Part shown: in pieces, positions 29,414 through 39,622 of the stretch
Layout of the letters: every line of letters starts with the position of its first letter
Position numbering within the stretch: position 1 is the first letter of the stretch
From: Acidobacteriota bacterium
Lineage (GTDB): Bacteria > Acidobacteriota > UBA890 > WLXD01
DNA: 64,000 nucleotides
Reading direction: 5' to 3'
Assembly: GCA_963666215.2 (NCBI GenBank)
Contig: CAXWPL010000002.1
Coordinates: forward strand, 128,001-192,000
Program-made: the position numbers and the translations under genes
The notes under the pieces: model-generated
What the model was told of the DNA's origin: nothing
Seen by the model: the letters and a program-made list of their open reading frames with translations, nothing else
The model's database searches: none

Positions 29414-29545
29414 AACAGGACGCCGCCGACCGTGCGGGCGGTGCCCGTCATCAGGCTCAACGGCGCCGCTTTGTTGCCAGCGGCCGACGTCCTATTCGAG
29501 CACGCGGCCATTTCTACCCATGGGTGCTCGGCCGCGCTCCGCAGA

Positions 29546-30793
29546 TCAGCTGCGGTCGCTGTGTTGGCGCAGGAAAGCGGGGACATCGAGGTCGTCCTCC
29601 TCGAGGTCGACGCCGTGTTGCGCGACGCTGAGTTCCCGTTCGCCAACGGTGTAGCTGGCCGTGTCTTCGAGCGATGGCGCGGTGGGCGCCACACTTTCAT
29701 GCTCCGGGATGACCACCGGCTGCATGTGTGGGTACGCCTCGAACCCCGTAGCGATCACGGTGATCTTGATCGTCCCAGCGAGCGACTCGTCGACGACGGC
29801 GCCGAACAGGATGTTGGCGTCATCATCGGCCGCCTGCTGAATGATCAGTGCCGCCTCATTGACCTCGTGCAGCGTCATCTCCGGACCGCCGGAGATGTTG
29901 ATCAACACGCCGCGCGCGCCGTCGATTGAGGTGTCCTCGAGCAGCGGCGAGTTGATGGCAGCCGTTGCTGCCGCGCTGGCGCGGCTCTCGCCATCTCGCA
30001 TCGCCGAGCCCATGATCGCCATCCCCATCCCCGACATGACGGTGCGGACGTCGGCGAAATCGAGGTTGATCAGCCCTGGTACGAGGATGAGATCGGCAAT
30101 TCCCTGCACGCCCTGGTGCAGCACCTGATCGGCGTGGCGGAAGGCGTCGATCATTGACGTGTCGTTCGGGACCGTAGCGAGCAGGCGGTCGTTGGGCACG
30201 GCGATGAGCGTGTCGACCGATTCCTGCAGCTCGCGGAGCCCCATGTCGGCCTGCGCCATCCGCCGCCGGCCCTCGAAGCCGAACGGCTTGGTGACCACGG
30301 CAACCGTTAGTGCGCCGAGCTCGTTGGCAAGCCGCGCGATCACCGGAGCCGCACCGGTAGCGGTGCCGCCGCCCAGCCCGCCGGTGATAAAGACCATGTC
30401 GGCGCCCTCGAGCACCTCAACGATGCGGTCGGTATCCTCGAGTGCCGCCTGGCGACCGATCTCCGGGTTGGCACCGGCGCCAAGCCCGCGCGTCAGGTTG
30501 ATGCCGAGTTGCAGCTTGATCGGCGCGGTGTTCGACTCCAGCGCCTGTAGATCGGTGTTGGCCGCAATGAACTCGACCCCTTTGAGGCCCGCGAGCATCA
30601 TGCGCGTCAGCGCATTGCCTCCGGCCCCGCCCACACCGACAACCTTGATGTAGGCGTTGTGTCGGCGTGCCTCCCCCGGGAGGAGGGAGATCGGCGACGC
30701 GGCGAGAAGATCGAGGTCGTTGTCGATGGCGTCACCGTCGCCAGGTAGAAGCGAGTCGGCGTCGTGCGAGTAGTTATCTGGAGTCATCCCCAC
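29546..30793 (-). CDS. ftsZ: Cell division protein FtsZ
   Basis: [25 protein letters not shown]-terminal LDVPAFLR. Confidence 0.96.
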   Translation of the reverse strand: MGMTPDNYSHDADSLLPGDGDAIDNDLDLLAASPISLLPGEARRHNAYIKVVGVGGAGGNALTRMMLAGLKGVEFIAANTDLQALESNTAPIKLQLGINLTRGLGAGANPEIGRQAALEDTDRIVEVLEGADMVFITGGLGGGTATGAAPVIARLANELGALTVAVVTKPFGFEGRRRMAQADMGLRELQESVDTLIAVPNDRLLATVPNDTSMIDAFRHADQVLHQGVQGIADLILVPGLINLDFADVRTVMSGMGMAIMGSAMRDGESRASAAATAAINSPLLEDTSIDGARGVLINISGGPEMTLHEVNEAALIIQQAADDDANILFGAVVDESLAGTIKITVIATGFEAYPHMQPVVIPEHESVAPTAPSLEDTASYTVGERELSVAQHGVDLEEDDLDVPAFLRQHSDRS

Positions 30794-30879
30794 ATTCCTC
30801 CTGACCCCGCACGCTGCCTCCCAGAAGCGGAGATCGGTCGCGACTCGCGTCCGGTCCGCACTTCACAACGCTCGGGGTG

Positions 30880-32121
30880 CTAGAACAGTTCTCCAACCCA
30901 GCGCGCCACGCGGCCGCCGATTCTGCGGTACCACGCGGGGTCGCCGAGCTCGTAGTGTTCGTGGCCACCGCGATCGCGGAGACCATAGAGTGCCAGCCCC
31001 ACCGCAGTAGAATAGATCGGACTCGACACCACGTCGACCAAACCACCGACGTTTGCCGGCATTCCGAGTCGTACCGGGAGCCCAAACCGCTGCTCGGCGG
31101 CCTCGGGGAGCCCCTCGAGAAGCGCGCCGCCACCGGTCAGGACGATGCCGGCATGGAGGGTGTCGGCGAAACCCGACTTGCGGATCTCGTCGCGAACCAG
31201 GTCGAGCACTTCCACCGCGCGCGGCCTCAAGATCTCGGAAAGCTGGCGACGGGGCAACAGCCGGGCGCCGCGTCCGCCGATACCCGGCACTTCAACGGTC
31301 TGGTCGCTCGCGGTGAGCTCGGGCAGCACGCAACCCGCGCGGATCTTGATGTGCTCGGCTTCCAGCAGCGGTGTGCGCAGCCCGACTGCGATGTCGTTGG
31401 TGAAGTGCTCTCCGCCGGTCGGTAGCACCGCCGTGTGGCAAACGGCTCGATGGTGATAGCAGGCGATGTCGGTGGTGCCGCCGCCGATATCGACCAGCCC
31501 AACGCCGAGCTCGCGCTCGTCGTCGCTGAGCGTTGCCTCGCTCGAGGCGAGCTGCTCGAGGACCACGGCGCGTACCTCGAGGCCGGCGCGGTTGGCGCAA
31601 TTCACCAGATTCTGCACCGCCACAACGCCGCCCACCACGAGGTGGACGTTGACCTCCAGGCGCGAGGCCGACATGCCACCAACCGGATCGAGGATGCCGT
31701 CTTGCCCATCAACCAGGAACTCCCGCGGCAGCAGGTGAATGATCTCGCGGTCGTTCGGCAGGTCGAGGTTGCGGGCCGCGTCCATGACCCGGCGCACGTC
31801 TTCCTCGGTGATCTCCCGGGCCTTCCCTTCCAGTGTGAGCATCCCGCGGCTGTTGAAGCCGCGAATATGGCCGCCGCTGGTGCCGACGAAGGCGGCGTCG
31901 ACGCTGACGCCGGCCATGAGCTCGGCTTCTTCGACCGCGCTCTTGATGGCCTCGACCGTGCTCTCGATGTTAACAACGAGGCCCTTGCGCTGGCCTCCCG
32001 AGGGCGCCAAGCCCACACCCAGGACTTCGAGCCCATCGTCAGCGGTCCGCGCGCCGATTACCGCGCATACTTTGGTGGTGCCCACATCGAGGCCCACGAC
32101 GTAACGGTCGAGCCGTCCCAC
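30880..32121 (-). CDS. ftsA: Cell division protein FtsA
   Basis: LDVGTTK, DIGGGTTD, TGGG. Confidence 0.95.
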   Translation of the reverse strand: MGRLDRYVVGLDVGTTKVCAVIGARTADDGLEVLGVGLAPSGGQRKGLVVNIESTVEAIKSAVEEAELMAGVSVDAAFVGTSGGHIRGFNSRGMLTLEGKAREITEEDVRRVMDAARNLDLPNDREIIHLLPREFLVDGQDGILDPVGGMSASRLEVNVHLVVGGVVAVQNLVNCANRAGLEVRAVVLEQLASSEATLSDDERELGVGLVDIGGGTTDIACYHHRAVCHTAVLPTGGEHFTNDIAVGLRTPLLEAEHIKIRAGCVLPELTASDQTVEVPGIGGRGARLLPRRQLSEILRPRAVEVLDLVRDEIRKSGFADTLHAGIVLTGGGALLEGLPEAAEQRFGLPVRLGMPANVGGLVDVVSSPIYSTAVGLALYGLRDRGGHEHYELGDPAWYRRIGGRVARWVGELF

Positions 32122-32160
32122 GGTCCTTCTCCTGACAGGTTGAACTGTGGCGCGTTGCGA

Positions 32161-33075
32161 CTAGCTTCCGAGCGCCGCGAGATTGTCGCGCACGACCACC
32201 ATGTCGCGATAGCTGAGGTCGATGCGCTCGACTTCCGGCCCCAGCCTGGCGGCGTCGTTGCTGCGGATTGCGCGCAGGTTCAGCATCTTCTCCTCGAGGC
32301 GCTCGGCGCGGCCGAGAACGATCTCCCATGGCTCGTGTAGTGGAACGAGCACCACGCCCTCGCTGCCGAGCCGAAGGTAGGCGAGCACGCCGATTTCCGC
32401 GGGCGCTGTCCGCTCGAGCCATTCGACGATCGTAGCCGCATCGGGCAGCCAGGCAACTCCGGGAGCGCTAAGCGGAAGTCGATGCGTGCGCTCCACGTCG
32501 TCGGCGATCGAGGCGTCGAGATACAGCAAGGGCAGCGTGTCTGACCTTGGTCGAGCTTTCGCATCGGGCCGACCGGGCTCGGGATCTGCGAGGTTTCCGA
32601 TGGCGGACGGTTCCTCTGACAGCACAACGCCGTCGATGTCGACCACCCAGCGACCGTCGGTCGCTTGCAGCACTGCCCAGGGCGCGCGGGTCTTGGCCTC
32701 AACCTCGAGGTCGTGCGGCAGCAGACGGCGGATCGCCACCGATTGGAGTTGTGGGACCCGGTCCTCGACCCGCCGGCGCAGCGCCTCGAGGTCGAGCAGC
32801 AACAGGTTGTGACCCAGAGTCGGGAGCAGCTGGTCGGCGACGGCAGTGCGCAGCTCTCGGGGCACCTGTGCGAGGCTCACGCGGTCGACCACGAAGGCTT
32901 CGGACTCGAGCGCCCAGGTTGTTCCGACGTAGGCGAGCCCGCCGCCTACGCCGAGCCCCGCGGCCACGCCAACAAGACGCATGTTGAGGAGAAGCTGACT
33001 CTTGCGGCGCAGCGCCGGACGATTGTGCACGCGACGCAGAAACTGCGGTGAGCGACCTTTCGAGCTCCCTACCAT
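32161..33075 (-). CDS. ftsQ: Cell division protein FtsQ/DivIB
   Basis: Single TM, POTRA-like RRLLP segment, IDLSY, position in the cluster. Confidence 0.8.
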   Translation of the reverse strand: MVGSSKGRSPQFLRRVHNRPALRRKSQLLLNMRLVGVAAGLGVGGGLAYVGTTWALESEAFVVDRVSLAQVPRELRTAVADQLLPTLGHNLLLLDLEALRRRVEDRVPQLQSVAIRRLLPHDLEVEAKTRAPWAVLQATDGRWVVDIDGVVLSEEPSAIGNLADPEPGRPDAKARPRSDTLPLLYLDASIADDVERTHRLPLSAPGVAWLPDAATIVEWLERTAPAEIGVLAYLRLGSEGVVLVPLHEPWEIVLGRAERLEEKMLNLRAIRSNDAARLGPEVERIDLSYRDMVVVRDNLAALGS

Positions 33076-34187
33076 TGGCGAATCTCCGTTGACAGTTCGA
33101 CCTCGAAGCGCTCGCGTACCCGCGTGCGGACGCGTTGAATCAGCAGCTCGACGTCGTGCATCGTTGCCTTTCCGAGGTTGACGATGAAGTTGGCGTGCTG
33201 CTCTGAGACCTGCGCGTCGCCCTCGCGAAGGCCCTTGCAGCCTGCCTGATCAATCAGTTGTCCGGCGCTGCGTCGTTCGGGTTCCCGCGGCTGTCGCGCG
33301 CTCGGTTCGCCGTCAAGCTCCGAGCCCGAACGCGACGCCTCTGTGGGTGCGTCCGGATTGCGGAAAATACACCCCGAGTTTCGGGCTCCCATCGGCTGCC
33401 TCCGACGCTTGGTCGCTTGCAGCTTCTCGTAGCGAGCTACCAGTTCTTGCGCGTCGGCCGATTGCAGACGTATGTGGACGCGCACGATCGCAACGTGGGT
33501 ATCGCCTCGGCCGGCGTCACCGCCAACCACGATCGACTCCTCGCGCTCGGCGGCACCGGCGCTTGTGACGGTTGCCGGCATTCTCAGTTGACGGTAGCTC
33601 CAGCCGAGCTCGGAGCCGCTGAGCTCGCGAGCCTCACCGGCGCCGGTGATGACCTGCAGCCGATCGACGACCTCGGACATCTCGCCACCCCAGCAGCCCG
33701 CGTTGCCAGCCGCGGCGCCGCCGATTGTCCCGGGTAATCCCGCCGCCCACACCAGCCCATCGAGCCCCGCGGTGGCGGTGTGTCGCAGCGCCTGCGCCGT
33801 GGGCATACCAGCCGGCAGATCCGCTTGTTGTTGTGAGGCGTCGATGCGCGCGCCCTCGAGCAGGCTGGAGAGCGCGATCACCGCCTCGGCGACACCCTTG
33901 TCGGCAACCAGCAGGTTGCTGCCGCCTCCAAGGCAACGCCAGGGCAAGCCGCGGACCGCGAGCCAGGCGATGATGTGGCGGACGCTCGCCGGCCGCTGCG
34001 GCCACAGCATGACGGTGGCTGGTCCTCCTACTCCCATCGACGTGTGCCGAGCCATCGGCTCACCCTCGGAGTAGCGGCAACCTTCGCGCGCGGCGAGCTT
34101 CTGCAGATCGCTGCGCGCGCTGGCGCTCCACGGCTTCGCCGCACGGCCGCTTTCTGCGGGATGGACCTGGCTGTTGGTCATGAGCAT
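33069..34187 (-). CDS. murB: UDP-N-acetylmuramate dehydrogenase
   Basis: HTSMGVGG, GGGSNLL, GLPGTIGGA, GCIFRNP, HANFIVN. Confidence 0.93.
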   Translation of the reverse strand: MLMTNSQVHPAESGRAAKPWSASARSDLQKLAAREGCRYSEGEPMARHTSMGVGGPATVMLWPQRPASVRHIIAWLAVRGLPWRCLGGGSNLLVADKGVAEAVIALSSLLEGARIDASQQQADLPAGMPTAQALRHTATAGLDGLVWAAGLPGTIGGAAAGNAGCWGGEMSEVVDRLQVITGAGEARELSGSELGWSYRQLRMPATVTSAGAAEREESIVVGGDAGRGDTHVAIVRVHIRLQSADAQELVARYEKLQATKRRRQPMGARNSGCIFRNPDAPTEASRSGSELDGEPSARQPREPERRSAGQLIDQAGCKGLREGDAQVSEQHANFIVNLGKATMHDVELLIQRVRTRVRERFEVELSTEIRQW

Positions 34188-35662
34188 CAGCCGTTGTCTT
34201 TCCCTTTCGCTTCAACGGGCGGTTCGTGGCTGGGTTCCGCGCCCGTGGACCCTGCTGTCAGGCCGTCGGGCGAGGCGGAGCTCGACTTCTCTTCGGCGGC
34301 GAGCCAATCGGCCAATCGCCGCGACAACTTCCAAACGTCGCCGGCGCCGAGCGTGATCACCAAGTCGCCGGGCTGGACCATGGCGGTCACCCGCTCGAAG
34401 GCCTCTTCGAGTCCGTCGACGGAGGCGACGCACTTGTGGCCGTGCTCGCTCACCGCGGCTGCCAGGTCCTCACCGCTGACACCCGGAATTGGCTCCTCGC
34501 TGGCGGCGTAGATCGGCAGGATGAAGACGGCATCAGCCTCGTAGAAGGCGCGACCGAACTCCTCGCGCAGCAGCTGCGAACGGCTGTATCGATGCGGCTG
34601 GAAGCACACCACCACACGTCGGTTCCAGGCTGCCTTGGCCGCCGCGAGCACCGCGCGGATTTCGGTGGGGTGGTGGCCGTAGTCGTCGACCACGAGTACC
34701 TCGCGTGCCGAGCCGATTCTTTGGAAGCGGCGCGCCGTGCCCGAGTAGCCGGCCAGCGCCTCGGCCGTCGTCGCAAAGTCGATGTCGAGGTCGCATGCCA
34801 CCGCAACACAGGCCAGCGCATTGAGCGCGTTGTGATGTCCCAGCACCTGCAGCTGAATCGTGCCCAGCGCTCGGTCCGCGGCGCGACACTCCAGCCGCGT
34901 GCCAGCGGGTGTGACCTCGATGGCCGTCGCACAGATGTCGGCCTGCGGGTTGACGCCATAGGTCACCATCCGTCGAGTGACCCTCGGGATGACTTCTTGC
35001 ACCTCCGGGTCGTCCAAACAGACGACGGCGGTTCCGTAGAAGGGGACCTTGTTGAGGAACTCGACGAAGGCGTCGCGCAACGCGTCGAAGTCGGTGTAGT
35101 GGTCCAGGTGTTCGAGGTCGATGTTGGTGACCACCGCGATCGTCGGCGACAGTCGCAAGAAGGAACCGTCGCTCTCATCCGCCTCGGCGATCATGAACCC
35201 GCCCTTGCCGAGTCGAGCGTTCGTGCCCCAGGCCTCGAGCCGACCCCCGATCACCACCGTGGGGTCGAGGTCGGCGGCCTCGAAAACCGTCGCCATCATC
35301 GACGTGGTCGTGGTCTTTCCGTGAGATCCGGCGATCAGGATGCCGTGCCGCATGCGCATCATCTCGGCGAGCATCTCGGCCCGCGGAATTACCGGGATGC
35401 CGGCGGCCAGTGCTTGACGCACCTCCGGGTTGTCGGTGCTGACGGCCGACGAGGTCACCACCACATCCGCCTGCCCGACGTTCTCGGCGGCATGACCGAT
35501 GGTTACGACGCCGCCGAGTTGCTCGAGCCTCTCGGTGATCGGCGATGCCTTGAGGTCGGAGCCAGACACCCGATAGTCGAGGTTGAGCAGCAGCTCGGCG
35601 ATGCCGCTCATGCCGATGCCGCCGATACCGACGAAATGGAGCTGCTGCACTCGCTTGAGCAT
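34187..35662 (-). CDS. murC: UDP-N-acetylmuramate--L-alanine ligase
   Basis: GIGGIGMSG, GSHGKTTT, EADESDGSF, DDYGHHPTE. Confidence 0.96.
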   Translation of the reverse strand: MLKRVQQLHFVGIGGIGMSGIAELLLNLDYRVSGSDLKASPITERLEQLGGVVTIGHAAENVGQADVVVTSSAVSTDNPEVRQALAAGIPVIPRAEMLAEMMRMRHGILIAGSHGKTTTTSMMATVFEAADLDPTVVIGGRLEAWGTNARLGKGGFMIAEADESDGSFLRLSPTIAVVTNIDLEHLDHYTDFDALRDAFVEFLNKVPFYGTAVVCLDDPEVQEVIPRVTRRMVTYGVNPQADICATAIEVTPAGTRLECRAADRALGTIQLQVLGHHNALNALACVAVACDLDIDFATTAEALAGYSGTARRFQRIGSAREVLVVDDYGHHPTEIRAVLAAAKAAWNRRVVVCFQPHRYSRSQLLREEFGRAFYEADAVFILPIYAASEEPIPGVSGEDLAAAVSEHGHKCVASVDGLEEAFERVTAMVQPGDLVITLGAGDVWKLSRRLADWLAAEEKSSSASPDGLTAGSTGAEPSHEPPVEAKGKDNG

Positions 35663-35666
35663 CGTT

Positions 35667-36929
35667 CTAGAGCTCCATCTGCGGTGAGCGGCCCTGTGGG
35701 CGGGCCGCTTCTGCGCCGCGTTCGGCGTCGTTGGCGCTGGCGGGCGTGGGCACCGTGCGGATGCTCAATTCCGCGGTTTCGCCAGGCTCGCGCCCGGCCA
35801 GGCGCAGCGACAACCTGGCCACCGTGCCGGCGGCGTCGTTTTGGCCACACGCGGCCGCGGCAGCCTGCATGCGCGACAGCAACTGCGGATCGCTCGCCAG
35901 CTCGAGAATGGCCGCCGCCAGAGGTGCGCCGCTGTCGCCCTCGTGCACCACGCGAGCCGCTCCAGCGGCCTCCAGCGCTGCCGCGTTGGCATCCTGATGC
36001 CGCGCCGCGGCGTGGGGGAAGGGCACCAAGATCGAGCCCAATCCGACGTATGCGAGCTCAGCGATTGTCGTGGCGCCCGCTCGCGCGCACACCAGGTCGG
36101 CGCGCGCGTAAGCGTCGCCGATGTTCTTGATGAACGGCGTCACGATCGCGGGGATCCCGTGGCTGCGGTAGGCCTGTTCTAGCCGCTCGACATCGGCAGC
36201 ACCGGTCTGGTGAGTGACACTCAATCCTACCTCCGCCGCCGCGAGCCGCGGCAGAGCCATCTCGATCATGGTGTTCAGCCCGAGGGCGCCTTGGCTGCCC
36301 CCCAAGATCAGTAGGCGCACGTGGTCGCGTGTAGGCGATGGGAGGGGGCGTCCGTCGCGGCTGGACGCCGCCGGTAGCGACCCGCGGATTGGGTTGCCGG
36401 TGAAGACGGCCTTGTGACCCCAGTGCTCCACCGTGCTCTCGAACGACACTGCGGCTTTCGCGCAAAACGGGTAGAGAAGCCGATTGGTGAGTCCTGGGTG
36501 GGCGTTCTGCTCGAGCAGCAGAAGAGGGATTCGGCGCAGAGCCGCGGCCGCACCGGTGGGCCCGCTCGCGTAGCTGCCGCTGGCGATCACGAGGTCGGGG
36601 CCGAACTCGCGCAGCAGCAGCCGCGCCTTGGAAACGGTTCGCGGAAGCCCTGCAAGCGTGCGGAAGCGGCCCAACCAGCCGGTCCGCGCCAACGTTCCCG
36701 CTTCAACCTCGCGGACCGGGTACGGCACCAAGCCTCGCAGGCGCCGCTCCGACTCGCGCGTGCCGCCCACCAGGAGGAACTCCGCGGCAGTCTGTCGCTC
36801 GATCGCCTCCGCGGTGGCGAGCGCTGGCATCAAGTGACCACCGGTACCGCCGGCCGCCAGCACAACACGCAACGGGCGTGCGGCGTCGCTGTCGCGCTCG
36901 TGGGCGTTGCCAACGACGGGCGACGTCAT
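35667..36929 (-). CDS. murG: MurG glycosyltransferase
   Basis: GGTGGH, EQN, GNPIR, GGSQGA, RAGATT. Confidence 0.95.
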   Translation of the reverse strand: MTSPVVGNAHERDSDAARPLRVVLAAGGTGGHLMPALATAEAIERQTAAEFLLVGGTRESERRLRGLVPYPVREVEAGTLARTGWLGRFRTLAGLPRTVSKARLLLREFGPDLVIASGSYASGPTGAAAALRRIPLLLLEQNAHPGLTNRLLYPFCAKAAVSFESTVEHWGHKAVFTGNPIRGSLPAASSRDGRPLPSPTRDHVRLLILGGSQGALGLNTMIEMALPRLAAAEVGLSVTHQTGAADVERLEQAYRSHGIPAIVTPFIKNIGDAYARADLVCARAGATTIAELAYVGLGSILVPFPHAAARHQDANAAALEAAGAARVVHEGDSGAPLAAAILELASDPQLLSRMQAAAAACGQNDAAGTVARLSLRLAGREPGETAELSIRTVPTPASANDAERGAEAARPQGRSPQMEL

Positions 36930-36969
36930 CGCGCGGAGATGTGAGCCGCAAGGCTCGATCCGAACAGGC

Positions 36970-38067
36970 TCATGCGTGGCTATGCTGCGAGACGTTGAGC
37001 AAGATCCCGATGGCGGCGCAGCAGACCAAAAGCGACGATCCGCCGTAGCTGATCAGCGGCAGCGGTATGCCCGTGGTCGGCAGCAGATTCACCACGATAC
37101 TCATGTTCACGAGGGCCTGTATTACCAGCATCGAAGTCAATCCCAGCGCCAGGTAAAAGCCGAACCGATCGGGGGCTCGAACCGCGGTCCGCAGGCCGCG
37201 CCAGAAGATGACCAGGAAGGCGAGCACCACGATTGCGGCTCCGATGAGCCCGAGCTCCTCGGCAATCACGGCGAAGATGAAGTCGGTATAGGGGTAGGGC
37301 AGGAAGAACAGTTTCTGACTGCTGCTTGCCAGCCCCACACCTGTAACGCCGCCGCTGCCGACCGCGATGAGCGACTGAATGGTCTGGAACCCGGCACCGG
37401 TGGGATCTTCGAACGGGTTCAGCCACGTCATGAGCCGCCGCAACTGGTACGGGTGGCGGAACACCTCGATGGCGCCGAGAATCACCATTACGCTGGCGGC
37501 CTGCGCCACCAGCTTGTACGAAAGGCCTGCCACCCAAAGCATCGAGCCGGCGATTCCGACAATCACGATGGCGGTACCCAGGTCGGGCTCGATGGCAACC
37601 AGCAGGGTAATCAGCCCGACAACGGCAAGTCCGGGCAGAAGCCCGTGGCGCAGATCGTTGATGCGGTCTTCCTTGCGAGCCAGATACGAGGCCAGGAAGA
37701 GAACCACGACCAGCTTCGCGGCCTCGGATGGCTGTATCGAGAAGGGGCCGACAAAGATCCAACGCCGCACACCGTTGCCGGGGAGCGCCAGCACGAGCAC
37801 CAGCGCCCCCAACACCGTGGCGAGCGAGCCGCCAAGTACGAGGGGTCGGCGATAGTCGCGATAGTCGACTGACATGCCAACGCCGATCAATCCCAGCCCG
37901 AGCCCAGCCCACATGGCCTGGCGGGTCACGAAACGGTACCCGTCGTTCCACTGCCGCTGGGCCATCGGGAAGGACGCGGAATAGACCATCAGTAGACCGA
38001 GGCCCAACAGACATACGGCGGCGGGGAACAACAGCTTGTCGGCGCTGAGCCAACGGCTAGCGATCAT
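36970..38067 (-). CDS. ftsW: FtsW
   Basis: RWI, QPSE, PDLGT, TDFIF, EELG, LISYGGSS. Confidence 0.95.
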   Translation of the reverse strand: MIASRWLSADKLLFPAAVCLLGLGLLMVYSASFPMAQRQWNDGYRFVTRQAMWAGLGLGLIGVGMSVDYRDYRRPLVLGGSLATVLGALVLVLALPGNGVRRWIFVGPFSIQPSEAAKLVVVLFLASYLARKEDRINDLRHGLLPGLAVVGLITLLVAIEPDLGTAIVIVGIAGSMLWVAGLSYKLVAQAASVMVILGAIEVFRHPYQLRRLMTWLNPFEDPTGAGFQTIQSLIAVGSGGVTGVGLASSSQKLFFLPYPYTDFIFAVIAEELGLIGAAIVVLAFLVIFWRGLRTAVRAPDRFGFYLALGLTSMLVIQALVNMSIVVNLLPTTGIPLPLISYGGSSLLVCCAAIGILLNVSQHSHA

Positions 38068-38098
38068 TTTCCCGTGTCTTTCTCGGAACAGCCGCCTG

Positions 38099-39622
38099 CT
38101 AGTTACGAGCGGCTTCTCCGTGGTCCGTGGTTGATGAGGAGGCGCGGTCCACCAACTCTTTGAAGTGGCGGCCGCGGTGCTCGAAGCTGTCGTACTGGTC
38201 GAAGCTTGTGCAGGCTGGTGCTAGCAACAGGACGTGGCCGCTCGCGGCGGCGTCGAGTCCGCGCTTGAAGGCGGTGGAGAGGTTGCCGCAGATCTGCAGC
38301 GGTACCGCTCCTTGCAGCGACGCGGCGATTCGGCCGCTCGCCTCGCCAATCAGCAGGGCGCCGCGAACACGGTCACGCATCAGCGGCCTTAGCAGGTTGA
38401 AGTCGGAGTTCTTGTCGCGGCCGCCGAGAATCAACCAGATGGGTGCCTGGAGTCCCGAGAGCGCCGCGACCGTGGCGCCCACGTTGGTTGCCTTGGAGTC
38501 GTTGATGCACAGCACGCCGGAGATCTCGGCGCAGACCTCCATCCGGTGCTCGAGCCCGGCGAAGCTGCGTAGTGCCTCGGCGGCGGCGTCGGGCGTGGCC
38601 CCAGCCAGACAGGCGAGCCCGATGGCGGCGCAGGCATTCAGCTGGTTGTGACTGCCGACGATGCGCAGCTCGTCCGTCGCGAGAACCTCTACAGGCTGCG
38701 ATCCGGGTGCCTGCCAGAGTAGCCAGCCGCGCTCGACCCAGGCGGCGGCAGCTGTTGACGGCCGTCGCTCGCCGAACCCGACACGGCCTGGATCCATGCC
38801 GGGCACGCCGGCACGCTGGGCCACGAGCTGCGACAGCGGCGCGTCGTCGGCTCCGAAGACGATCCAATCGCCGGCGTCAACGTTATCGAGCAGTCGCAAT
38901 TTGGCCGCCGCGTAGTTCTCGAACGTGCCGTGGCGGTCGAGATGGTCGTCGCTGAGGTTGAGCATGCCCATCCAGCGCGGCTTGAAGTCAACAACCGACT
39001 CGGTCTGGAACGACGACAGCTCGAGCACGAAGCGATCGACAACGCGGCCCGCCAGCTCCTCGCGAACCAGGCGCGAGAAGGGGACGCCGAGGTTGCCGCC
39101 AGCCGGCGCGTCGAGGCCGGCAGCACGGAGAATCGCCGAGACCATCGTGGTCACCGTGCTCTTTCCGTTCGACCCGGTGATCGCCACCGCGGGTGCCTGG
39201 GCAAGTGCAGCCGCGACTTCGATTTCTGAGAGGATCGGCGATCCGGCCGCAGTCGCCGCGGCCAGGGGAGGCGCGGTCGGAGGGATTCCGGGTGAAGCGA
39301 CCACCGTCGTGTCCGCCTCCCAGAGCGACTCTGGGTGTCCGCCGAGCTCGAGCCGAACGCCGCTGCGCACGAGCTCGTCGAGCGCCGAGGCACCGACAAG
39401 CTCTTCGGCGTGGCGGCGATCGGTGAGGTGGACCTGGGCGCCCAGGGTTGCGAGCAGCTCAGCCACGGCGATGCCGCTGCGGCCGGCGCCGACAACAACC
39501 ACGCGGGCGCCGTCCCAGCTCTCGGGCGCATGTCGTCGTTTGCTGGCGCTCGTACGGCCCGGTGGGTCGGTGCGGCCTGTGGAGGGGGTCGAGCCCACGG
39601 CGCGCGAGTCGGAAGCACTCAT
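38099..39622 (-). CDS. murD: MurD ligase
   Basis: GSNGKST, ELSSFQ, DHLDRH, NDSKATN; start at 39622 by ATGA overlap with mraY. Confidence 0.94.
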   Translation of the reverse strand: MSASDSRAVGSTPSTGRTDPPGRTSASKRRHAPESWDGARVVVVGAGRSGIAVAELLATLGAQVHLTDRRHAEELVGASALDELVRSGVRLELGGHPESLWEADTTVVASPGIPPTAPPLAAATAAGSPILSEIEVAAALAQAPAVAITGSNGKSTVTTMVSAILRAAGLDAPAGGNLGVPFSRLVREELAGRVVDRFVLELSSFQTESVVDFKPRWMGMLNLSDDHLDRHGTFENYAAAKLRLLDNVDAGDWIVFGADDAPLSQLVAQRAGVPGMDPGRVGFGERRPSTAAAAWVERGWLLWQAPGSQPVEVLATDELRIVGSHNQLNACAAIGLACLAGATPDAAAEALRSFAGLEHRMEVCAEISGVLCINDSKATNVGATVAALSGLQAPIWLILGGRDKNSDFNLLRPLMRDRVRGALLIGEASGRIAASLQGAVPLQICGNLSTAFKRGLDAAASGHVLLLAPACTSFDQYDSFEHRGRHFKELVDRASSSTTDHGEAARN

